Shown here piece by piece: positions 20,212-28,336 of a DNA stretch of 64,000 nt (within the stretch, counting starts at the first letter, position 1; every line of letters starts with the position of its first letter). Source of the DNA: a virus (Duplodnaviria > Caudoviricetes); IMG/VR virus record IMGVR_UViG_3300044475_000035, positions 19,189-83,188 of that record. One strand, written 5' to 3'. The position numbers and the translations under genes were made by a program. The notes beneath the pieces were generated by a model. That model was not told the DNA's origin and made no database searches. It saw only the letters and a program-made list of their open reading frames with translations.

Positions 20212-21120
20212 TTAAAGAAGGAGCAATCTGTAACGACATTGCAAATAGTTACACATGCAGTCTAAATCTATGCACTTGGACAGATTGTCAAACAACTGAA
20301 TGAACCGAAAGAAGCATTGCTCCTCTTTAAAATCTAATCAAACAAGTAAGGCGTATGTTGAACTTAGCTGATTCGGTACAACCACGAATGTCTGTACTAA
20401 CGGTTCGTTCAATAGCCTCTAGGACTTCCTCTTACTTCTACTTACACCTAGCAGATCACCTAACTTAGAGCTTATGTATGCAAGGATAACGGTGTACATA
20501 CTAAGCATCATCTTGTGATTGTTTGATTAAGTTGTGTTTTATAGACTTTAACACCTGTCATCAATGTCTCTTAAAGAGACTTTACTTCGGGGAGAAGTAT
20601 TCAGTATTGTACATTTGAAAGGCTGTACTTCACCCACAATCCAAACAGAGAAACTTGTTCTTGTGTAAGGTTGCTTATGGAGAGCTGATCTTATAACCAT
20701 ACTCTCAGGGTTAGTAACTAGGTGGTCTTGATCATTTCTGATTTGCCATTGTTATCAGGCGACTCTTATGTGCTTGCAAACACAAACCTAGTATTTGATA
20801 TGTCTTGTCAGGATGTGTAACCCTTACTGCCGATCAGCACTGTTAACAGTTACAAGACATATTTGTTAAATTAAGTGACTTCTTGTGTACAGGGGAGAAG
20901 TCTTAACCCTTTACTTAGACTTGCAACATAACCTTAATCTACACTGACATTTCTGAATGGTAGACCCCCCTGTTAGTCATCACGCTAGTTTAGTTCACCT
21001 TTAACACCACAATAACCGAAGCTCTTGCGTCTATCGGGGTAGGTGGGGTAGTGAGACACCCTTTTTAACATTGTAAGAACTGCTTATCTCAAATATGTCT
21101 GAGAGGTTTTCAACTTACAA
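20212..21120 (-). ncRNA. Candidate array of structured non-coding RNA domains
   Basis: No ORF of 60 aa or more; higher GC than flanking spacers; consecutive blocks each closed by 7-15 bp inverted repeats. Confidence 0.5.
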
Positions 21121-21159
21121 CGTATTACCTAAACCGTAACCTTCGTTTATAATATCCAT
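21115..21159 (-). CDS. 14-aa minigene MDIINEGYGLGNTL
   Basis: GGAG-6 nt-ATG with an in-frame TAA at 21115-21117. Confidence 0.4.
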   Translation of the reverse strand: MDIINEGYGLGNTL

Positions 21160-21188
21160 AATTTACTCCAATAAATTTAAATTAGTTG

Positions 21189-21527
21189 CTAGTCTTTTCC
21201 TTTAGGACGTTTATCTTTAGCATATTCACTATAGAAATTTAACTCATCTTCGGAACGATCTCCGACATAAACATCTAAATTCTTTTCTTTTTTGACTTTG
21301 TATTGGTAAGAGCTAATCGTATTTCCACTCTCATTCATGATAAAGACATCACCATCTAACCAATGTCTTCCTTGTTGTAGATTATCAAAGTTATCATAAT
21401 ATGTGTAAACTAATTCAACACCTTGAATATCAATCTCAGGTTTATCAACTTTAATAAACTCAATATAGTCTTGAGCCTCTAAGAGTTGATAAGTACCATC
21501 TTGTTTCATGGATTTAATATATAACAT
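21189..21527 (-). CDS. Hypothetical protein
   Basis: 112 aa, GAGGA RBS, VFIMNESGNTI motif common in phage hypothetical proteins. Confidence 0.7.
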   Translation of the reverse strand: MLYIKSMKQDGTYQLLEAQDYIEFIKVDKPEIDIQGVELVYTYYDNFDNLQQGRHWLDGDVFIMNESGNTISSYQYKVKKEKNLDVYVGDRSEDELNFYSEYAKDKRPKGKD

Positions 21528-21654
21528 TTATTTTCCTCGTGGTTGTAGTAGTAAGGTGCTAGTTAGGATTATCTAGCTTTCCTAGCTAACCAAAAGTATA
21601 AGGAGATTAATTCCTTCTGATTAGGGAAACCACATAGGAGATATTCTTACAAAT

Positions 21655-21726
21655 CACTGTGTATAGGATTCAAACCTATCTGAGACGGAGTAGAATTCCG
21701 TTGCATATTCTCTCTGCCAACACAGT
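21655..21726 (-). tRNA. Degenerate tRNA (anticodon TCT, Arg) or tRNA-like RNA, no encoded CCA
   Basis: Cloverleaf ACTGTGT-TG-GCA/TGC-A-ACGGA[ATTCTAC]TCCGT-CTCAG-ATAGG[TTTGAAT]CCTAT-ACACAGT-G. The T-loop reads TTT instead of TTC and the D-loop lacks GG. Confidence 0.65.
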
Positions 21727-21838
21727 GATTTAGAAGTTGTGAGGTGGTGACTCACAGTTAGTGAGGGAGAAGGAGAACTCCGATCTAACACCTTTACCAA
21801 CAGAATTAACTAGTATGTTTTCTTGTTGGTATAAGTTA

Positions 21839-21867
21839 AGAATAACATCACATCTCGATTTTGTCTA
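21839..21867 (-). promoter_or_regulatory. Sigma70-like promoter facing the tRNA/ncRNA region
   Basis: TAGACA-17-TATTCT with an extended TG. Confidence 0.6.
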
Positions 21868-22202
21868 CCCCTTTTCTAGCACAAAACACAAAATAATTAA
21901 GATTTTTATTGTTATTTGCATAAATTAACAACAATTCCAACTGATTTAGGGATATTTAGCACCAAAACAAGATTAAGATCAGTACAACAACAACAAATAA
22001 GATTAAACCCCTTGCACCTCAAACAGTAGTGACTACAGTCAGACTATGGTCTAATTGAGTGCAAACAAGGTAGCAAACAAGAACCTAACACAAAAGATGA
22101 TCAACAAACAGAAAACATAGCACCAACAAGTATTCTTATATCATCTAAACTAATTGAATCTACTGTTCTAATAGATAATTCTTATATAAGTATATTATAA
22201 TT

Positions 22203-22458
22203 AATATCTAATACTAAATGTAATTCTTTAAGTGTATATTTAATATATACTAATAATATACTATAAGTATTCTTTATATGTATTTAAGTAAGTATATAAT
22301 TATTATTTAATATATATATATCTTTTCTCTTATCCTAGTAAGTCTAGGATTCTAATAATATATAATTTATTTTGTTTTAATTAATATCTTATAACCCCAA
22401 CCCCATGTCTTAAATATAACCCCTGTGTCAAGCCTTGTCAAGTCTTATTTTTTGTAAC
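22203..22458. repeat. AT-rich element copy A (homologous to 52251-52450)
   Basis: Exact 22-mer AATATCTAATACTAAATGTAAT, exact 17-mer AGTCTAGGATTCTAATA, (TA)n run and a leftward promoter. Confidence 0.8.
22413..22441 (-). promoter_or_regulatory. Sigma70-like promoter
   Basis: TTGACA-17-TATATT. Confidence 0.65.
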
Positions 22459-22519
22459 GATGGTTAAGTTGTTGTTTGTGTTGTAGTTAAATATTTTCAT
22501 TTATTTGTGCTAAAACATG

Positions 22520-22548
22520 TAGACAAATATAAATTCGTGTATTACAAT
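22520..22548 (+). promoter_or_regulatory. Sigma70-like promoter
   Basis: TAGACA-17-TACAAT upstream of ORF 22609. Confidence 0.55.
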
Positions 22549-22608
22549 GGTTAATGTGATTAGGTATTAGGAGACTTAGTCATTTCTTAAATCAAGAGGA
22601 GTGAGAAA

Positions 22609-23199
22609 ATGTCGATGGTTTATGGTGTTGGGTTAACCGATATTGAGAGTACAAGAAATGGGAAACTTACCAAAGAATACAAACTGTGGATAAACATGCT
22701 AGGTAGGTGTTACAGTGAAAAAGAGCTACTAAAACGACCATCGTATCGTGATTGTAAAGTTTCTGAAAACTTCTTAATTCTAAGTAACTTCAAAGACTGG
22801 TGTTCTAAGCAAGTTGGTTTTACAAGTAAAGATGCTAAAGGTAAGAGTTTTCAACTAGATAAAGATCTCTTACTCAAAGGCAGCAAGATATACTCAGAGT
22901 ACACTTGTTGTTTTGTGCCTAACGAGATAAACGGTTTTCTAACAAAGGCTAACACTATTAGAGGTAAGTACCTAATAGGTGTTTCTTGGTGTAAGAAGAG
23001 GAGCAGATTTGTGTCAATGATAAAGATTGACGGAAAGAATGTTAATCTTGGTGGATTTGATAGCGAATGGGAAGCTTTTCTAGCGTACAAGAAAACCAAA
23101 GAATTTCGTGCTAAAGAACTTGCTGAGAGGTGGAAAGGACAGATTGATGATCGTGTCTATGGTAAACTAATCAACTATAAAGTGTTACTAACAGATTAA
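22609..23199 (+). CDS. HNH-type homing endonuclease with AP2-like C-terminus
   Basis: Y.LW.NML.RCY, LDKDLL..G.KIYS..TCCFVP..IN, GVSW...LG.FD...AF.AY motifs. Confidence 0.8.
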   Translation: MSMVYGVGLTDIESTRNGKLTKEYKLWINMLGRCYSEKELLKRPSYRDCKVSENFLILSNFKDWCSKQVGFTSKDAKGKSFQLDKDLLLKGSKIYSEYTCCFVPNEINGFLTKANTIRGKYLIGVSWCKKRSRFVSMIKIDGKNVNLGGFDSEWEAFLAYKKTKEFRAKELAERWKGQIDDRVYGKLINYKVLLTD

Positions 23200-23227
23200 A
23201 ATAAATTTAAACAAGAGGAAATAAACA

Positions 23228-23575
23228 ATGAGTCATGAATTAAACACTGATAACACAGTATCAGTGATTGCATATTCTTTACATGAGTTTGCATATGAGT
23301 TGTGTGAATTAGGAGCAAAAGGTTTTACAGTAAGTTTAGAAAACGATAAGTTACCTACTGGTGGTTTTACAAGTTACTACACAGCAATTCTAGTACCACG
23401 ACACGGTTATCGAATTGACATTGAAGGGAATCATGTTAACTTACCTGACAGTACCCCTGAAACATCAACAGAAACCCCTCTAAAAGCTCCTACAAGCGAT
23501 GTTAGTACCCCTAAAGCTACTCCTGTAGCTACAGAGCCTAAAACAGCTCGTACAGCAGCTAAAAAGGCTACATAG
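23228..23575 (+). CDS. Hypothetical protein with Thr/Pro/Ala/Lys-rich tail
   Basis: GAGGA RBS; 115 aa. Confidence 0.7.
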   Translation: MSHELNTDNTVSVIAYSLHEFAYELCELGAKGFTVSLENDKLPTGGFTSYYTAILVPRHGYRIDIEGNHVNLPDSTPETSTETPLKAPTSDVSTPKATPVATEPKTARTAAKKAT

Positions 23576-23667
23576 TAATTTAATTTATTTAAGCACAACT
23601 ACTTGTTAATCATATTTAGTTGTGCTAATTTCTAACTTCAATGTAAAAACAAATTTGGAGATAAGTT

Positions 23668-24480
23668 ATGTCAAATAATGCTAATCGCTTTAGTGGTCAT
23701 GGGGATCGTGGAGTCAAAGGTACTGGTAAACGGGGTGATAGAAATACTAATAACCGTGAAAATAAAAAGAGTGGTGTTGGTGGTAGTGAACCTAAGCAAA
23801 AGTGGGAAGAAGATCGTCTAGCGAGAGGTAAGTCAATTCACATTCAACCAAAGACACTAAACCAAGAGTTGTTCTTAAAGAGTATGCGAGAGAATATTAT
23901 TACAATTGGTAGTGGTAGTGCGGGGAGTGGCAAATCATTTTTAGCTTGTTATTACGCTGCATCTGAACTTCTATCAGGTAATATTCAAAAGATTGTGATT
24001 ACTCGTCCTTATGTTGCTGTATCAGGGCGTACAACAGGGTTTAAACCTAATACTGATCTTGAAAAGTTACGTGCGTTTGTATTACCTATGATCGGCTACT
24101 TATCAGAAGTGTTAGGTAAAGGAATGGTTGAAGAGCAGTTACAATTGGCAGATAAGATTGAGTTAGCACCTTTAGAAAGCATTCGTGGAAGAAGCTTTGA
24201 TAATTGTATTTTAATTGTAGACGAGTGTTCTAATACAACTATTGGTGAAATTCAAGCAATCAGTACACGACTTGGTGAAAACTGTCGCTGCGTAATGATA
24301 GGCGATTGCGCTCAATCGGACACAAAACACAACGGTTTAGAGTGGTTCACAAACTTAGTTCAAAAACACTACATACAAGATATTGGTGTTGTACGTTTTA
24401 ATCATGATGATATTGTTCGCTCAGGAATGGTAAAACAACTTGTTATTGCATTTGAACGAGAGGGTGGTTATGTCAGTTAG
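23668..24480 (+). CDS. phoH: PhoH-like ATPase
   Basis: PKTLNQ, GSAGSGKS, ITRP, APLESIRGRSF, IVDE, GD.AQSD and DIVRS motifs. Confidence 0.92.
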   Translation: MSNNANRFSGHGDRGVKGTGKRGDRNTNNRENKKSGVGGSEPKQKWEEDRLARGKSIHIQPKTLNQELFLKSMRENIITIGSGSAGSGKSFLACYYAASELLSGNIQKIVITRPYVAVSGRTTGFKPNTDLEKLRAFVLPMIGYLSEVLGKGMVEEQLQLADKIELAPLESIRGRSFDNCILIVDECSNTTIGEIQAISTRLGENCRCVMIGDCAQSDTKHNGLEWFTNLVQKHYIQDIGVVRFNHDDIVRSGMVKQLVIAFEREGGYVS

Positions 24481-25123
24481 TATTGGTGATGTATTTAGCC
24501 GAATGACAGTAGTTAAAGAACCTTTTAATATCAACGGTAGGAAGGTAGTTGAATGCTTATGTTCTTGTGGAGTTGTTAAGACTGTACGTGTTGATGGATT
24601 ACAAGGAGGAACAACAAACTCTTGTGGTTGTTATCGACTAGACAAACTTCGAGAAAAGATAGTTACACATGGTGCTGCAAATACTAAAACATATGGTGTA
24701 TGGAAGGGAATGTTGCAACGATGTAATAACCCAAACTCATCAGGTTATCCTAATTACGGTGGTCGTGGTATTACAATTTGTAATCGTTGGTTAGGTGAAA
24801 CAGGATTTGAGAATTTTCTAAAGGACATGGGTGAAAAACCAAAAGCACTTACACTTGATCGTATTGATGTGAATGGTGATTACTCTAAAGAAAACTGTAG
24901 GTGGGCAGATGCAAGTTTGCAAGGGTTTAATACACGTTTAAGCTCGAATAACACATCAGGTAGAACAGGAGTATCTTGGGATAAAACCGAACTGAAATGG
25001 TCAGCTTATATTATGAAAGATAGGAAAAATATTCATTTGGGAAGATACGAAACATTTGAAGATGCTGTGGTAGCTAGAGAGTGTGGAGAATTGAAATATT
25101 TTGGGATGATAAAGGAGATTTAA
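24470..25123 (+). CDS. HNH homing endonuclease with AP2 domain
   Basis: C.CSCG, SCGC, W.GM.QRC.N, YGGRGI.IC.RW, TLDRIDVNGDY...NCRWA, SGRTGVSW motifs. Confidence 0.88.
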   Translation: MSVSIGDVFSRMTVVKEPFNINGRKVVECLCSCGVVKTVRVDGLQGGTTNSCGCYRLDKLREKIVTHGAANTKTYGVWKGMLQRCNNPNSSGYPNYGGRGITICNRWLGETGFENFLKDMGEKPKALTLDRIDVNGDYSKENCRWADASLQGFNTRLSSNNTSGRTGVSWDKTELKWSAYIMKDRKNIHLGRYETFEDAVVARECGELKYFGMIKEI

Positions 25124-25124
25124 A

Positions 25125-25316
25125 ATGATTTATATTGTGTTTTGGTATTTAGTAACTACTACGTTCGTTAGTGTCCTTTCAGGTTTCTATCGTACTGTTG
25201 TTGCAAAAGATACTAACGCTAACAAAGTTGGGAAGTTATTTGGTATTACATTACAAATGACTACTGCATTATACTTCTTGTATGTTGTATACCCATTACT
25301 TGAATTGATTAAATAA
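25125..25316 (+). CDS. Small membrane protein
   Basis: Two hydrophobic segments; AAGGAG RBS. Confidence 0.6.
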   Translation: MIYIVFWYLVTTTFVSVLSGFYRTVVAKDTNANKVGKLFGITLQMTTALYFLYVVYPLLELIK

Positions 25317-25325
25317 GGAGGTTTT

Positions 25326-25547
25326 ATGTTTACACCACAACAGGTTGCAGATACGTTACGTAGTATCACACCAAAAGATTTAGAAGAAACTACACAAGTA
25401 TATGAAAAACTCATACAATTCTTTGATGGCGAATTTAAACCTTTTATCACCGAAAAAGAAATTGATGAACTGGATGGTTTGTTGTTAGGGTACACTGACG
25501 AGATTAAGGCTGCAACAATTGTTCGTAAACTATTAAAGGGGGTTTAA
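25326..25547 (+). CDS. Hypothetical protein
   Basis: AGGAGG RBS; operon packing. Confidence 0.7.
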   Translation: MFTPQQVADTLRSITPKDLEETTQVYEKLIQFFDGEFKPFITEKEIDELDGLLLGYTDEIKAATIVRKLLKGV

Positions 25548-25802
25548 ATGTATCAGGTTAAACAACTCTATGTCTTGTGGGAAACTGGTGAAGGGGGTAA
25601 GAAGTTAATTCCTAAAGAGTCTTACAACAAATTCTTAGAAGATTTAGATAATCTTGAATCCGAGCTTGGCATGCCGTTAGGTGCTTGGGATGATCGAGAT
25701 AAAGACGAAGTACAACAAGATATTTATGATTTGATTGATGAACAAGTTTCCCTAGAAGGTGAATTAGTTTATGTTGTACTACCACAAGATGTTAAGGAGT
25801 AA
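25548..25802 (+). CDS. Hypothetical protein
   Basis: Abuts both neighbours; acidic, 84 aa. Confidence 0.65.
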   Translation: MYQVKQLYVLWETGEGGKKLIPKESYNKFLEDLDNLESELGMPLGAWDDRDKDEVQQDIYDLIDEQVSLEGELVYVVLPQDVKE

Positions 25803-25804
25803 AT

Positions 25805-26491
25805 ATGAAGAAGCTATTAAACAAACCTAAGATGAATCAAGATGAATTTGATTTTCTACCAACGACTATTGACCAACCTAGTCGTTTACTACGAAAAGAA
25901 GTAACAAACACTTTGTATGAGTATCACTTGTTTGGTGATATTGAAGACTCATCTAGTTATATTGAATTGATTGACGCTTTGCGAAGTGCAGGAGAGAATG
26001 ACGATTTTGTGATACGAATTGATTCAGGTGGTGGGTTATTGTCCTCTGCAAATGTGATTATCAATGCAATTAATCAAAGTCAAGCGCATGTACATGGCGT
26101 TATTGAGAGTAGTTGTGCTAGTGCTGCTACTATGGTTTTCCTAGCATGTCATTCGTACAGTTTAGGCGATGAAGCAGACATGATGATTCATACCAGCAGC
26201 AGTGGGTACGTTGGAAAGGAGCAAGAGATTTATCAATATGCTGCACATACACGTAAGAAAATTCATCGGATGATGAAGAACCGATACACAGGGTTCTTGA
26301 CTGATGCTGAATTACTGCGAATCCTAGATGGTCTAGACTTATACTTCGATCGTGATGAAATTGAAGAACGGTTAGGTAAGTATGTAGAACATCAACAGAA
26401 GTTATATATTGCAGAAATGGAAGCAATGCAAAACGAAGTTGATGAATCAGAAAGAGAAGAACCAATCTATAAGAAAATTATTCCTTCTTAA
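25805..26491 (+). CDS. ClpP-like serine protease
   Basis: IDSGGG, CASAAT (catalytic Ser) and MMIH motifs. Confidence 0.85.
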   Translation: MKKLLNKPKMNQDEFDFLPTTIDQPSRLLRKEVTNTLYEYHLFGDIEDSSSYIELIDALRSAGENDDFVIRIDSGGGLLSSANVIINAINQSQAHVHGVIESSCASAATMVFLACHSYSLGDEADMMIHTSSSGYVGKEQEIYQYAAHTRKKIHRMMKNRYTGFLTDAELLRILDGLDLYFDRDEIEERLGKYVEHQQKLYIAEMEAMQNEVDESEREEPIYKKIIPS

Positions 26492-26554
26492 TATTGACAT
26501 ATAGGATGTAGTCGAGGTAAACTTGCTGCATCCTTTTTATTGTATGGAGTAATT

Positions 26555-26740
26555 ATGAAATATATTAAAGTTTTTGAAGGTTCGAGTTCTTATATCCTAG
26601 ATGCGGCGATAAACCAACATTGCAGAGATACGAAACATACGATTGTTCAGCAATCTTGTAGTTGTGCTGTAGGTGGTGAAGGTTTTGGACGTAAAATTAT
26701 CTACATGATTGTTGTTACACTAGATGATGCGGAGACGTAG
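26555..26740 (+). CDS. Hypothetical protein
   Basis: GGAG RBS before the ATG at 26555. Confidence 0.55.
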   Translation: MKYIKVFEGSSSYILDAAINQHCRDTKHTIVQQSCSCAVGGEGFGRKIIYMIVVTLDDAET

Positions 26741-26741
26741 T

Positions 26742-27101
26742 ATGAACATTAAAGATATTGTAGACCAAGAGAAACAACGAGCTTTACAAGTTAAAGTTAA
26801 AAACAATCAAGATAAGCATATTCGTAAGTTATTCTTGAAAGATTGTTATAAAATGTGGAAAGATTACAAGAAAGTTGAGAAACCTTATACTTGGAGGTTG
26901 GAGTTGTTTAGCTTACTTAAACTAGTATCTTGTGTAGAGTATGTCTATTGGGTTGTTGACTACGCACCACAAGAATATACTAAAGACTCTTGGTTTGATA
27001 AGAAGTGGAGTGTTGTTGCTATTAGTGATCTTGTAGTATTACCTACTTACAAGATTAAACTAAAAACAAACCCAAACGATGATTATATTTATTTAAGTTA
27101 G
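26742..27101 (+). CDS. Hypothetical protein
   Basis: GGAG RBS; operon packing. Confidence 0.6.
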   Translation: MNIKDIVDQEKQRALQVKVKNNQDKHIRKLFLKDCYKMWKDYKKVEKPYTWRLELFSLLKLVSCVEYVYWVVDYAPQEYTKDSWFDKKWSVVAISDLVVLPTYKIKLKTNPNDDYIYLS

Positions 27102-27110
27102 GAGATTGAA

Positions 27111-27461
27111 ATGAGTAATTTAAAAGGTAAAGTATTTGTAATTATCTTTGATAAACGAATGAAAGAAGCTTATAGCGAAGCAGCTTTCCTTTATCAACAA
27201 CTATATTTAAGGGGTTTTATTTCTGTATTAGCAGCAGATAAAAATGACTTAATTATGATTCAGGATAATGGCTATGATTTACGTTATGTGTTCTTAGAAA
27301 GTATGTTACCTATACCAACTAAAGAGCAAGAAGATTCAATTTATCATATGCACGATGTTACTAATCATTTACACTTTTGGTTAGATGATTTCAATAGTGT
27401 TGATAAAGTACTTGATAACTTTGAACGTGTTGAGTTAGAATTAATACAACAGAGGAGTTAA
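27111..27461 (+). CDS. Hypothetical protein
   Basis: AGGAGA RBS. Confidence 0.65.
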   Translation: MSNLKGKVFVIIFDKRMKEAYSEAAFLYQQLYLRGFISVLAADKNDLIMIQDNGYDLRYVFLESMLPIPTKEQEDSIYHMHDVTNHLHFWLDDFNSVDKVLDNFERVELELIQQRS

Positions 27462-27464
27462 GTT

Positions 27465-27608
27465 ATGATACTTCGATTCTTGAAAAGGTTGTTTTGTTTT
27501 CATTGGTATGAACAAGAAGAAAGCTTCTTAACTAATGAATACTACGAAGTTTGTAAGAAGTGCAATAAAGAACGTAAGATTAAGATTGTTATTGGTAAAG
27601 GAGATTAA
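27465..27608 (+). CDS. 47-aa Cys/His small phage protein (MILRFLKRLFCFHWY...CKKC), not in the ORF track
   Basis: GAGGAG RBS; fills the gap between neighbours; LFC.H.W...CxxC motif. Confidence 0.65.
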   Translation: MILRFLKRLFCFHWYEQEESFLTNEYYEVCKKCNKERKIKIVIGKGD

Positions 27609-27609
27609 A

Positions 27610-27891
27610 ATGCAAATACTACATGTACACTCAGATTTTGACGAGCATGAGTTACACACAGAAGTTTACACTTCGTTGCAAGAGTTTATTCACGATTGGG
27701 TAGGTGTAAATTACACTTATGATGAATTACAAAAACTCGATCTAGACGATGAAGATTATGTTTCTGAAAAGTATTGTTATGAACTAATTCGAAATGGTGA
27801 ACACATTGGAGAATGGTCTACTGATGAGTTTTGGGTTGTGTTGGATGGTAAGTTACAACAAGGGATGGGTGTACTGAATGCAATACGTTAA
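27610..27891 (+). CDS. Hypothetical acidic protein
   Basis: AAGGAGA RBS before the ATG at 27610. Confidence 0.65.
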   Translation: MQILHVHSDFDEHELHTEVYTSLQEFIHDWVGVNYTYDELQKLDLDDEDYVSEKYCYELIRNGEHIGEWSTDEFWVVLDGKLQQGMGVLNAIR

Positions 27892-28327
27892 ATTATACAC
27901 ATTAAAGGAAGAAATGGTTGTTACTTCAAGTGATCGTATCGAAATATGTAGTTCAATAAAACAACCTATTCATATTAGCTACAGTGATGATTTTATCATT
28001 AGTGCTACAGTAGATGTTGTTTCTGTTCCTGTTGAACGATATGTTAATTGTGTCGATATAGGTTATGGAGAATCTTCTTGTAGTGAAGATTTAGTAGCTT
28101 TTGACCCAAAGATTCGTAAGTTGTTAATGATTGATTCTGATAAGCTGAAAGGTGAGTTAAAAGACCTAACATCAAAGCACAAAGAATTGAACAGAGAACA
28201 CGAAGAACTTAAAGAATATCTAAGTAAGGTTGAAAGAAGTTTAACTAAGAGCTATAGTCTACTTTACACTTATGAAAACCTTTCGTTTTGGAAACGTTTA
28301 TTGTTCTTGTTGTTTAAGAAAATCTAG
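27878..28327 (+). CDS. Hypothetical protein with coiled coil
   Basis: 149 aa ending in SFWKRL. Confidence 0.65.
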   Translation: MQYVKLYTLKEEMVVTSSDRIEICSSIKQPIHISYSDDFIISATVDVVSVPVERYVNCVDIGYGESSCSEDLVAFDPKIRKLLMIDSDKLKGELKDLTSKHKELNREHEELKEYLSKVERSLTKSYSLLYTYENLSFWKRLLFLLFKKI

Positions 28328-28336
28328 GAGATTAAT

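Noticed and set aside
20555-20990. Hammerhead ribozyme suggested by TGATGA motifs
   Set aside because: The motifs read TTGATGA and GTGATGA, not CTGATGA, and I found no correctly placed GAAA or stems.
21685-21700. Reading the tRNA anticodon as CTA (amber suppressor, recoding)
   Set aside because: The 7-nt loop ATTCTAC centres on TCT with A37, and conserved genes are intact under the standard code, with TAG used as a stop.
24440-25123. Group I intron around the HNH gene following phoH
   Set aside because: PhoH ends with its complete C-terminal DIVRS motif and the HNH gene overlaps its stop, leaving no room for an intron core; it looks free-standing.
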